Position numbers and translations under genes: made by a program
In this document: one piece after another, positions 38,501 to 50,700 of the stretch
Position numbering within the stretch: the stretch's first letter is position 1
Layout: each line of letters begins with the position of its first letter
Source: Euglena gracilis
Lineage: Eukaryota
Length of the DNA stretch: 64,000 bases
Assembly (NCBI GenBank): GCA_039621445.1
Contig: CP154954.1
Coordinates: 49,889,847-49,953,846, forward strand
Reading direction: 5' to 3'
Notes under the pieces: generated by a model
What the model saw: the letters and a program-made list of their open reading frames with translations, nothing else
The model's database searches: none
What the model was told of the DNA's origin: nothing

Positions 38501-41500
38501 ACCTGGACTCCAGAGTTTTCATGGTACAAGAGAAATTTTTTGGTGTTTTCAGTGAACCGCAAAATGACAACCTTGGTGGACTACACTAAATGAATATCTG
38601 ACCTGGACTGACGTTGTCTCTGCGACCGCCAATGGAAATTGGACGCCTTAAAACTTTTTCAAAAAGCTTTAAAAAACCTTGAAAACCGGTAAAGATTTTC
38701 AGAATTTTCGCCTTAAAAAATGCCGGGCCTCCCTCCCACCCAGCCCTGGGGGGTGAGCGTTGGCATTTCCCGAAATACCTCTTCCTTGCAATCCACATTG
38801 GCCCCGGACCCACGCACCCCCCTCAGGGAGTCTTCCGAGTCAAGGAGACGCCTAATCCCCCCGTCTAAGAACCAGAAAAGACGGGTAAGAACAGGGGGTG
38901 CTTGGAAAGGGGATTGGTGAGTTCCATAGAAATGGTGCTGAGACAGGGGGTGGACTTGTCCGACGTGACCCACCCAATTGTGACCCAGGCCCCCGTTGTG
39001 ATGCTGTACCCTGCCAGAGGGAAAAAGGTTCGCGAATGCCACCCAATGGCTGGTCGATAGACGGCAGAGGAGCGGTAGGCGCTGATTGGGCCGGTTTCGT
39101 GATGATGTACCGGGCAGGGGCCCCCAAGCATGGGGGGTGGGTGGGCAGGGGGGAGGGGGCGGGAGCAATGGCAATCGCCTCCCCCACTTAGGCCGAATTC
39201 GCACTTAAGGGTTTTTCCTTTAGAATTTGCGCATTTGCGCAAATGCACAAATTTTACGAAATTCCTGGACCCTGTACCCTGCCACAGGGAGAACAGATTA
39301 TGAACTGTGACACCCCTCTATTGGAGGGGATTAACTCCCAGTAGTTTGGTGTAAATGCTGCTCACCAAGTGAAGCAAATAGGGCAGAGGGTGAAATTGGT
39401 GCTCTTGTACATCAAACAGGAGAGAGGCACACACCCTGTGTTACGACTCTTGGAAATGGTGCTGACGTGCTGGCTGAACTGACTTGGATACTGCCGCCAC
39501 CGGCAAGAACACACGGAGTCTCATTACATCACACAACACAGACTACGTCAGCCAGCCATCACGCAACTGATTTGTGTTTGCGGGCGCATTTGTGCAAATA
39601 AAAACAATTGTGTTTGTGGGCGCATTTGCGCAAATATACCGCAAAACATTGAAAATAAAATTACATGTTTATGGGCGCAAATGCGCGCACAAACAAATTT
39701 TTGGTGCGCGCATTTGCAGAAATGCGCACACCAACATGTTTATGTTTATTTGCGCAAATGTGCCCACCAACATGTATTTCTTACTTTCCATGTTAAAAGA
39801 CACCAATGACGACAGTGGCCCTACGAGGTTTTAAAAGGTGATGGGCGTGTTGGCGCGCGCATTTGCGCAAATAAACACAATTACGTTTGTGTGCGCATTT
39901 GCGCAAATGCCAAAATAAACGTTTAATAAACCGCTTCAAAATGGTGTGTTTCCGTGAGCCTTAACGCACACAAACAAAATTGTGTTTATTTGCGCAAATG
40001 CGCGCACCAACACACATCAGTTGTGCGATACGATCGCCTCCTCAGTGACAACTGGCGAACGCAAATCCTCACGCCAACCAATGATTTGCACCACAATTAT
40101 GTGGTGATGAAATTTGTGGGGAGAGGTAATGTGTAATGCTCACTGGAACACGGCATGTGACTGGCGAAAATTTGCCTCCCTTACGTGTGCGCATTTGCAC
40201 TGTTGTTACCCGGCCCACACGACCTGTTCCTTTGGCGTCATCTGTCTGGCAGTTAAACGTCATTAATTGATGACGTGCAAACGACCTGTGACTGTTTGAC
40301 ACCTGTTCTGCAACAGTACTGCGTTGCAAGAAGACAAAATTTGACACCTGAAATACCCGGGATGTGTCAGGCCGGAGTCCGTTTTGTGGTTATTCTCCAT
40401 CATTTTCCCCTTGAAAAAAACGTAAAACACACCAGTTTTTGTGCATAATTTGGGGGGTCCCACCGCTTTGATGCAGCCAATCCAGTGGTAATGGTTCACC
40501 ACTTCCTTGCATCCAAAGTAACGGGTGTTTGAGGGCCACCTTTCTTCGGCTGCTGGTTGCCATGCACTGGCACCCTGGTTGCGGGATATAACGTGGCCAC
40601 TAAAGCTGGGTGTTGTTGCACTGGGGAGGTGGATGCCGGTCTGGTGGGTGCTGAAGCATCAGCAGCTGATGTGGATGCAGCAGCGGAGCCCAGGCCGCAG
40701 GCCAGCGACAGGGCCTTTGGGACCCAAAAATTGGTGCCGGTGGGGAGGTGTGCTGTGGGAGGTTGGATCGAGTTTGGTTGGACCGCGGCCGACCGCGGCA
40801 GACAGCTGTGGTTGGGGCCACGGCCGGCCGCGGTCCAACCACGACCGAAAATTTCCATGCGTGGTTGGATAGCCATTCAGCCGCGGCCGGCCGCGGCCTA
40901 TCCGGCCGCCAACCACGGCAGGTCTGCGACGCTCTTGGTTGGAAAGGATCTGGCTGCGGCCGGCCGCGGCCACAAATTTTTCCAACCACGGGGTGGTGCG
41001 GTTGGAAATGGGCTGGCCGCGGCTGACCGCGGCCGGCCGCGGTCAACGACGGCTTTTAGCCATATCCAACCATCAGCTACCACCAGGCAATTACCCGAGT
41101 GGTTCAGGATGGGGCTATTAAAAACAGTTCAATCTGTGTGCGTTGGTTCGAAACCGACATTGCTTACTCTTGCAATTGACATAAATACCTTTTTAGATAA
41201 ATCAAAAATTGAGTGGTGTGGGATTCGAACCCACGACACCAGTTATTTCGCCTCTTGTCAACACAGGCCTGAACCATGGGGGGACGCCTCGCTCGGGTCC
41301 CCCCATGTGTATTAACCCTAGTTGGGCGGCTCTTTGGGTTCGCTGGGTACCTTGTAGAGACCAATCTAACAACGTTGAGCGGGAAATATTCTGCTGTTTG
41401 GACAAGAATTGTAACCCTAACCTTACTCCTTCAAATAACCTCATAAACTCTTTTTGGCCACAGTGCAAAAAAAAACTGCAATTTTAAAAAATTAAACCAA

Positions 41501-44500
41501 AATAATAATAATAATAATAAATAATTAATTACCCCCCCCTAATTGTATGACCGGGTTCCTGCAACCTGTGACCGGGGGGGTCATAACACCCCCATAACCT
41601 GCAACCTGTGACCGGGGGGTGGTCGTAAATGAGGTGGCGGTCATAGGTAAGGTGGTGTCAAATTTTTCGCAACCTGCAACCTGTGACCGGGGGGGGGGGG
41701 TCATAACACCCCCATGACCTGCAACCTGTGACCGGGGGGTGGTCGTAAATGAGGGGTGGTCGTACGACTAGAGGGGGGGTAATAAAGTATTCGTTTTAAA
41801 AAAACGAAATTTAAAATAAATAAATGAATAAATGAACAAAAAAAACTAAAAAAAACAGGCACGTGGAGTCACGTGAAGTGTGGGGGGGTGTGGGTTTAAA
41901 AAAATTAAACCCAAAAATAAATAATTATTTAATAAAATATTTATTTAAAAAAAACGGAATTTAAAATAAATAAATGAATAAATGAACAAAACTATAAAAC
42001 AAACGATAAAAAAACGGGCACATGGAGTCACGTGAAGTGTGGGGGGGGGTGTGGGGGGGGTGTGGGGGGTGTGGGGGGGGGGTGGAGGGGGTGAGGGGGT
42101 CTTGGGGGGGCGGTGGGGTTGGGGGGGGGGGGGCTGGAACGGAATAACAGTGGATGGTCGGTGCTGGTTGGAACCGCGGTCGGCCGCGGTCAGCCATGGC
42201 TGTTCGCGGCCAACCGCGGCTGACTGCGGTCGGCCGCGGTCAGCCGCAAGAGGCCGATGCCATTCCAACCAGGCCTTTGAAAATTTTTATTTGGTTGGAA
42301 ATGGGCCGGCCGCGGCCAGCCCACATTCCAACCAGACACTGGCTCGGTTGGAAATTTTGTTGACCGCGGCCGGCCGCCAAATAGCCGTGGTTGGGGCCGC
42401 GGCCGGCCGCGGCCGCCAACCAAACTCGATCCAACCTCCCACAGCAACCCCCCCGGTGCCGGTGGACGTGTACCGTTACCGGGTGGCTGCGCACCCACCT
42501 TCAGGGTATCCTCTGTCCCCATCTTTTGTGGGACCCGTCAATGGTCCAAAAACGGCACAATAACACCATATGCCGGAGGAGACGGTGTGTTCATTTGGGT
42601 TGAACCCATTCAGAAGCCACTAAGGGTAGCTGTAGGAGGGCCAAATAAAATCACCTTTTACTTCTCCGTTGGTTGTTTATTTGCGCATCTGTGCGCATCA
42701 CGTTGTTTTTCGGGCGCAAATGTGCAAATAAACTTAGTAAACTGTGCAGTTCCTTCATGCAGTTTATTTGCGCATTTGCGCCCACAAACAACGTGATGCC
42801 CGCAAATGCGCAAATGAACCACATCTGCTGCTGGTGTTTGACGGTTGCGTTTCCGTCACACCGTTCTTCTTTGTGTTTATTTGCGCATTTGCGCAAATAA
42901 ACAAAGAACATGATTTGTGTTTGGGCGCGCATTTGCGCCCATACCTACCCCCCCCCCCCGGGAAACTGTCACCTGACAGTTTGGCCAGGACCGGGGACCC
43001 TGACAACTTCCTATACTGACAGGTTGGCCGGTACCGGGGACCCTGACAGTTTCCCGGGTAGGGCATTTCAAGGGAAAGTCAATGAGAAATTGACCCTGAC
43101 AGGTTGGCCGGTACCGGAGACCCTGACAACTTCCTATACTGACAGGTTGGCCGGTACCGGGGACCCTGACAGTTTCCCGGGCGGGACCCTGACAGGTTCT
43201 CGGGCATGACAGTTTCCCAGGGGGGGGGGGGGATAGGTAAGCTTGCGCGTCGACAAACAGTGTGGCAAACCCACCAACTGGACGGCCCGTTGGACTGCGC
43301 ACTCACAGCTCCTTTATCAAGCCGTTTATCAACAGCGTCAGTTCATGGGTATCAAAGCCCAATCCTTGAAGGATATTTTATGTTTATTTGCGCAAATGTG
43401 CAAAAAAAACATAAACATGTTGGCGCGCGCATTTGCGCAAATAAACACAATTTCGCCCTTCCAGTGTTTGGCTTCTTCTGCTGGATTCTTTGCCACACAA
43501 CTGGTTGTGCGGATCCCGGTTATAAGCTGGGTGGGAGACGCCCGTCCCCTTCATTCCCTGCGGACCACATTTCTTCCCCCCTGCGCTTCCCTTGCCAAAC
43601 ACCCCACACTTATCCTCCTCTCCCTGCGTCCCTCCCGCCGGCTTGGTCACACCACACCCACACCCCCCGGCACTTCCTCCCCGTGCTTTAACAAACAACC
43701 CAAAAACACCACACCACACCGCCGGCAGCTCGGGCACACCCGGGGACACAGCCGAAAGAAGCAACAAGGGCAGTAAAGGTCCCGTTCCTTTGCCGCTTTT
43801 TTGCGTTTTTTTTTCAATGTAGGCCGGCAAGGTCCTGGGGGTTTCAACTTACAAAGTCCATTCTCGGACCCCCCAAAAACACCATTTTTTTGCCAAAGTC
43901 CCGGGGGTCATACAACCAAAAACAGAATTTCGCTCATTTTTTGCACTCTCTTGTTTTCAAACCCCCCTGACCTTCGCAGCCGAATCAAAGAAGAATCAAA
44001 AAAATCGAAATTTTGCGCAAGTGCGCAAATAAAAAGAAAAAAGCTTAAATGCGAATTAGGCCGCCTAAGCCCCAGCCTCCGCTTCTCCGCTTCGACACCT
44101 TAAATCCAAAACTGAGGCCTTTGTCATGAACTGCAGTGCAGATCATCTCGCTCCCCTCCCCAGACTAGTTCAGCACATACCCTCCCCCCCGGGTGCTTGG
44201 CATCAAAGGAAAGGCCAGGGGCCAAATTTGCATGTTAAGCATCTTGGCAGCTTCTTTGTGCAAAAGGTCAAAGGCCAACTTTAAGGGGGGGGCAAGTTTG
44301 CACGTAAGGAGGAGCAGGGCCAAGAGGTCTGGGGGGGGGGGGTTGGAAGATGGGGGGGGGGGGGGGAGTGGAGGATGGAAGTTTTCAGGGGTTGAGGAAA
44401 ACCGAGAGGGAATTTTTTCAGCTGTCATTTTTGGGAAAAATATGTGGGAGAAATGAACGTGGCGGTACAGCAAATGGGGGAGAAGGAAAAACAGCAGGTC

Positions 44501-45559
44501 AAATCAGCTGTTTTTCCACCCAATGAACCCAACATTGCTCTGTGTGGCAGAAAAGTAGAGGAGTCTAAACCAGGCACGCATGTACTCAGTCGTCAAAATT
44601 AACAAGTGGGGAGCCAGGCCTCTCTGCCCAGCACGCAGGGGGCCCCTGGCCGGGGTGCAGCTTGCTGCACTTCCCGCCGAACTTGCACTGCCCCGTCATG
44701 GCCCACACCTCACACACCTGCCGGCCGGCCTGGGCCTGCACCGCCCCGGACAGCTGCCGGTAGTCCGAGAGGTCTGGGTGGGCGAACCGGCACCGGGGGG
44801 ACTGCCCCCGCCTCTGTTCCACATGGTTGGGCTGGAAAGCCAAAATGCCATGCAAGCCGGCCCACCCAACTCGCCGGCCAATCCACAGGTCAGCTGGCAT
44901 GGAGACAACACAAACAGGATTGTATGGGCACACCTCACAAAAAAACGCGACGCAAATAGGCTGAATTTGACCAACCTTCTGGGGGTGTTTTCAGAGTGCC
45001 CTGGAGGGCCTCGGCAGGCAGCCCTATCCCCCCCCCCCCGGGGGTGGGGGTTGGTGCCTGACTGGTGGCGGGCCAAAAAGTGCCCAAAATGGGCTTTTCT
45101 GGGCTTCCAGTGCCTTCGGCGCTGGTTGTTCCTTGGCCGAGTGCCCAGGCACTTTTGGTCATACCCCCCCCCCCGGGGTCAGATCTGGGTGCCTTGGAGT
45201 GCCTGCCCAGACAGGCACACCCCCCGGGGGATGGGGTCGGCATTTTAAAATTCAGCCTGGACACAAAAGAACAGGAAAAAGAGCAAAAAGGAATGCTTTT
45301 GTTTGTCCCCCCCATGCAGGCTGTACAGGCAGGCCCCCAACCGGGAGGTAATTGTGGAGGTCAGTGAGGCAGGGCCAGGACGCCGCCGCACGCAGCGGCC
45401 CTTCAGGTAGTCGAGGCACACCCTGGGCTTGTCCGCCTTGTCCTCGCGGGCCGGCGGGGATGGGGGCTTCGCTGCCTTCGCCTCAGTGAACGAGCCGCCC
45501 AGCGGCCCATCGCTGGCGATGGGGCCCATGGCGGGGTTCGAGAAGGCCGGGATGCGCAT
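35544..45559 (-). CDS. Paralog 3 of tandem two-CCCH zinc-finger protein (multi-exon; zinc-finger exon uninterrupted)
   Basis: Exons: 45559-45382 (MRIPAFSNP...REDKADKPRVCLDYLKGRCVRR), 44794-~44640 (CRFAHPDLSDYRQLSGAVQAQAGRQVCEVWAMTGQCKFGGKCSKLHPGQG), ~39125-39025 (APARYIITKPA), ~38320-38150 (CPNPAAP..RQPGID), ~36125-35895 (SVNAWPRPAH..AALEADLSSPA), ~35685-35544 (QARHALRGCALPS..EDPHPLLDMLRALNVAAC, TAA). Confidence 0.82.
36820..36932. mobile_element. TA-TSD MITE family B; copies at 1596-1711, ~42948-43232, 62765-62894, partial at ~31500, ~33330, ~57450
   Basis: TA|C(n)GG(G)AAACTGTCA...TGACAGTTTCCCG(n)|TA with internal GGGACCCTGACAG repeats. Confidence 0.75.
40742..42454. mobile_element. Mutator-like (MULE/foldback) non-autonomous element
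   Basis: Perfect 9-bp TSD ggtgccggt (40733-40741, 42455-42463). Long G-starting TIRs include a 29-bp exact inverted match TGCTGTGGGAGGTTGGATCGAGTTTGGTT and ~300-bp GCGGCCGGCCGCGG arrays. Confidence 0.8.
41210..41280 (-). other. tRNA-derived fragment (T-arm/B-box), possible SINE remnant
   Basis: GTGGG-TTCGAAT-CCCAC perfect T-arm; no convincing D-arm or acceptor stem. Confidence 0.45.
44795..45381 (-). other. Ancestral intron splitting zinc finger 1 (also 13342-12613, 28227-27545, 58352-57116)
   Basis: Same position in all four copies. Termini C(T/G)G(C/G)CCC(C/T)GCCT...GAGGCGGGGGCAG are complementary and conserved while interiors are unrelated. Exact 3' border inferred. Confidence 0.7.
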
Positions 45560-47262
45560 CGCTCTGAGGCGTGGGCAGGGAGGGGGGGCGTGTGGTTCTG
45601 GAACTGGATGGGCTGGTTGGAGCCCTTTTAAGACGCACCGTGCACTTGGACGACTCGTCCACCAGGGAATGCGGGGACCGCATTCTGGGAATTCAGGGGC
45701 AAGCAGGGCAGAACGGGAAGGCCTGGTGGGGGGGGTCGACCCCCCACCCGGGAGGTGGGGGGGGGGTCGATCCCCCCCACCCACCAGAGCATTTTCACCG
45801 ATTTTGGGAAAACGGAGATTTTGGCCGGAAATTTTTTTGAATTTTTTTTTGAAAAATGAACCCAAAACACATGATTTTTTGATGGAAACGTACATTTTTC
45901 CACAAAAAAAACCTCAAAATTTCAGGGTTAAAAATTGGCAGTTTTTAGGATGGGGGTGAAAAAAACGAAGGTCAAAAACAATGGACCAAATTTTGGCAGA
46001 GTCAAATTTTACTGACATTTTTTCTCTTTGAAATTTTTTGGACTTTCAATGGCATTTTTGCTTCAAAAACCTCTCAAAATCAAAATTTTGAGAAAATGTT
46101 GAATTTTTGGAAAGTGTGAAAAAATGGGGGTTTGAGGGGTTTTTGGGGGGACCTCCCATATGGGTCCCAAAATGGGTCAAAAAACACCCGGCACCGAAGG
46201 CGCCGGAAAAAAATTTTCGGGTCCAAAAATTGGTGCTCCCGGATATACAGGAAGAGGTGGTGGGGGGGGGGGGTCGACGCCCCCCCCACCCACCATGCAT
46301 GGGGTGGGGGTGGGTCGACCCCGCCCCACCGTTTGGCCGATTCCCATTCTGCCCTGGGGACAAGTGTAAGCTTTGAGGAATTTCCAGGGAGTACCTCTCA
46401 TTCGAACATCCGACCCAGGATTTCTCCTTTTCATCTTTTTCTGGGAAGACGATACTTCACCATTATTGTCTTCCAAAAAAAAATGTAAATGGTCACCTTC
46501 CACAGTTGTAAATTGTCAAATATTTGTCCCAGGGCCATCTAGTCCAGCGTGGGTCCCAGGGTGTGTGCCAAACCATGCAGCCTACCGACGCTGTGGTCTT
46601 GGCCCAATTCCTGGCGATGCCAAGGACACAATCTTGTTCCCAGATCCGTCTTTCTTGCCACGTTGCATTGCTCAAGTTCCATCAGGGATCCTCAATTTGC
46701 CACGAAGATTCCTGAGCCAGCATGAAAATGAAGATTTCCCAAAAAACAGTGAAGAATTATCCGAAAGTTGAAATAGCAATTTTGTTCTGTTGAAGATGCA
46801 AAAAGATTGAAAAATTGAAAACCAGCAATTGTCTCAATGAGGGGTTTGCTTCAGGACCCAATCAAAGATGTATATTTCATGGGCGGGAGGCAAGGCGAGG
46901 GGACGGGGTTGGGGCGGAGGTGGGGGCATCGACACCGTCACAGGCACACCCCTGCCGCAGCAGCAGCAGCGAGGGTGTGCCGTGAAACCGGCAGCAGGGC
47001 CGAGGGGTCCCCAGCGCCTCTCGGCAACGCCAAGGGCGCGGGAGAGGGTCGACCGGAAGCAAGGCAGCGATGAAAGCGTGTGGGCTGGGGGATAAAGGGA
47101 GGAGGAGGAGCACTTGGGCAGAAAAGGGAGGGCAGTGGGAAGGAATGGAATGGAAATGGAAAAAGACCCCCTGGAGGAGGTGCCACCCGACAGGTCAGCG
47201 GGCACACAGCAGGCGGGAAAAAAAACTTCCTGCCACCAGTCTGTGCTGAGAAACACACCCAA

Positions 47263-47706
47263 CAGGGGTTTACTTCAGACACCACGGGGGGGGGGGGGTC
47301 CTGCGGGCCGGCTTGAAAAAGGTGCTGGCTAGGGGTGGGGTGTCTGGAGGGGGGGGGGGGTCCGGTCGGCCGGTTGGCTGGGAGCTGGACCCGGCGGGCA
47401 CCCCAAAAAATGCCCGAAAAAGCCCAAATCCAGCTGGGTTGGCATTTTTCAGCCAAAAAATTGGAGGCAAAAACCCAAAACCGGCCCCAAATGCCATTTT
47501 TTTTGACCATTTTTGACCCATTTCCCCAAAAATTTTGGCGCTTTGCGTCGAGAAATTTTTAGGTCCACCCGGCTGGTCCGAACTTTATTTCAGCGGACCC
47601 CGGGGGGGGGGGTCCGCAGCCCGGCTGGGAGGTGCTAGCTGGAAAAAAAGGAGCTGGCTGGCTGGATCCCCCCAGGGGCCGGGTCCCCTCTGGCTTGAAA
47701 CCCCTG
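47263..47706. mobile_element. hAT-like MITE
   Basis: TIR CAGGGGTTT; TSD acacccaa/atacccag (6/8). Confidence 0.55.
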
Positions 47707-50700
47707 ATACCCAGACAATGTTTTCATTAGAGAGGAAATAACTGGGGGGGGATCACAACAAACATTTCCCCTCTCTGGTGGATGGCCAAGGGTCAATCTG
47801 TGCAGGCTCTCAGCACAATTTGCGGCTTTAGTGCACTGATGAGTGGCGATGTGCGGGACAGAGGGTTGGAAGGGGTGGGCAGAGGCGGATGAGACCAGCC
47901 TGAGACAGTACAGCAGTGGCCTCCAGTGATAGTTCTTTGGATGGACATTTAACTCAGCAGAATATTCAACAACACAGTCTTTTGTGATGTTATCGTCATC
48001 CTGTTATACCATTATTTTCATTTGATGCTTGCGTGATCTGCAACGTTCCAAGTGCAGCAACAATCTGCCCAAAATGTCCCTCGATGTACAATGTCTGTTG
48101 GGTTTGTTCGGACTGTAAGTGGCCTTTGTGTGGTTCATTTTCCTCTCCTAAGATCGACCCCCACGGGGGGACTCTTCCCCAAACCCAAACCCACCCACCC
48201 ACGACCCCCCCCTTGGGGATCAACCACCCAACCACCAACCCAAAATCCACCCCAAATCGGCAGAAGATCTTGGGGAAAAAACTTTTCCAGCCCGGACTTC
48301 TGCGGGCAAAAAGTTGACCCATGGCGCACCCCCCCCCCCAGTTGCACTGTGGATTCTTGTCTGTTTATGACCGGCGCCAACTTCGCTTCTGGCTCAGTTT
48401 GCTGTGGGGAGTAGCCAGGGACCCCTGACACCAGTGTTGCTCTGCTGGCCGGGTGACTCTGGTGTAATGCCAGTGCTCAATGGACATACCCTCACCTTGT
48501 GTGGTTTGCACGGGAAGGCCTGCAGAGGGAGTGGTCGGACCCCCCACCCGGGAGGTGGGGGGGGGTTCGAAAAACATTGCGGTCACCAAACCGACGAGAA
48601 ACCCTGAACTGGAAGAGAAATGGACGCCTGGTGACTCCTTGTGTCGCCTCCTTGCGCACTGGAACCTGTGTGCAGGCTCAGCCACTGCCTAAAGAGCTCT
48701 CACACCGCAGTCTGTGCCTGTCAAAGTTTATTCGTCGGTGTCTGGATGAACTTCCAGCAGGGTGGGGGTCCCAGAACCCAGAGCTAACCCAGAGCCGGGG
48801 GGGTCCGGGGTCCCCCCAACTGGAAAAAAATTTTCCTCCGGCGCTGCGCGCCAAGGTGGAAATAAGGTTTTAAATGGGGTTTTGGCTGATTTTGATCCAA
48901 AAAAAATCCCAAAAATGGCCAAAAACGGGCATTTTTTTTGGCCATTTTGGGGGGTCAAAAAAAATTTCCGGCGCTTTGCGCCGGTCACTAGAAAAAAAAA
49001 ATTCCACTAGCTAGCCCTGCTCCCCCCCCCTGGTCCGGGGGGTAATCCCTTTTGCAGAAGCCTGGTTACCACTCTTCCAAAAAACCAGTCAGTCACTTTT
49101 TCTGGAATACCATTCAGTCACCCCCCCCCCCCAGATCGGGGTTGGCCACTCTGGAACCCAAGGAAATTTGACCATAAACGTGGAAAAAAAGGATTAAAAA
49201 AATACGGCGCGTTGGGGCCAAAATCACATAAGTGGATTTTTGCTGACCCCCCGCCCCAGGGGAAGGGTCCGGGCCAAAAACCAGTCAATCACCCCCCAAA
49301 AAACCAGCCACCCAACGTTGGGAGGGGGCGGTGTCAACCGCACTTTTTCCGTACTCAAATATATGTCCCATGGTGGGGTGCTTATGATATGGCGTGCAAG
49401 GTTGGGTTTTGGGTTTTGGGTACCCCCCCAAAAAATTTGTTTTTTGGGGGGGTACCCAAAAAAAGCCCAAATTTTTGGTTTTTGGGACCCCCCCCCCTTA
49501 TTTTAGTCCACTTTTGCAGACCTTTTCATCCTTCATGCAGCATTCAAGAAATTTTACAAGGCTGTGGACCGCAATTGGTTAGGAGCCAATTGTCACACCA
49601 AGCTCCTCCATTGCCGATTAACCCTAAACAGCACATACCTATGCAAATTAAATGTGTATAATGAACTCATTATAAAACCGTGACCCCCCCCCGTGACCCG
49701 AGAATCGAACCTTCAATGACCTTCATCTCTTCAACCTTTCCTTTCGGGATCATTGATGCTGCCTCCCGACTACCTCCAAATAGGATTGCTGAAGAATTGC
49801 GCGGAGAATTTTCAACAACAAAATTTGTTCTTCTGGTTGGAAAATTGTGGGAAAATATTTTCCCCATTTTCCCCAATTTCCCATTTCGTTGTGGTTTTTT
49901 TGCAGGCGTAATTTGGACCCATTTTTCACAGGACATTTTTTTGTTGAATGGAGAAATATCGAAATATTTCCAATTTTCCGCATTTGCCCTCAAAATTTTC
50001 CATTAAATAAATAAAAAATTTCCCGCAAAACGATCAACCCTACCTGCAAAGTGACATACTTCCCCCGTGACCCCCCCCCGTGACCCCCCCCCGTGACCCG
50101 CACCACCCCCAATGAAAAGTTTTGCAGAAAATTAACACACATCATTACAAAGAAATCGGCGGGGAACAGATAAGGAGGCACAACAATTCCTAGCCTTTCT
50201 GGTGTATGCTTTGGGAGTTGCAGCATTCCTGGCGTTTAAGCAAATTTACTGGGGTCCCTGCAAAAAAGTCAGAGAGAAATACAAAAATTTATGTCCTTTT
50301 TTGCATTGGTGGTGCCCACCAATGCAAACACCACAGGTGCCCACCTGTGATACCTCAAACACAAAACATTTGTCGAGGCTGGCTGCTGTTGAGAGGAGGA
50401 TTCTTCTAAGTCCGCTCAACAGCTTTTGTACAGACCCAAAAATTTGTTTTTTGGGGGGGTACCCAAAATTTTTGGGTTGTTTTTGGGACCCCCCCAAAAA
50501 TACAAAAACAAAACCCAACCTTGTGGCGTGTCCATGACGCCCCCACCCCATGCCAACCACATTTCCCCATATTTTGGTGTGTCAAAGACGGGGGGGGGGG
50601 GGGTCTGGTTCGGTCCAGTTTGCTCGTGGTGCCGAACTGAGCAGCGGAGGCCACACGAGATGTGGGATAAGGCACATTGGAACCGCCGGCTTAGGCTACA

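Larger units (their letters stand above)
39187..44069. mobile_element. ~4.9-kb composite TIR element filling an intron of paralog 3
   Basis: Inverted ends CTTAGGC..AATTCGCA(C/T)TTAAG followed by TTTGCGCA motifs; TSD not resolved. Confidence 0.5.

Noticed and set aside
41210-41300. Intact tRNA gene
   Set aside because: Only the T-arm folds; no D-arm or acceptor stem found.
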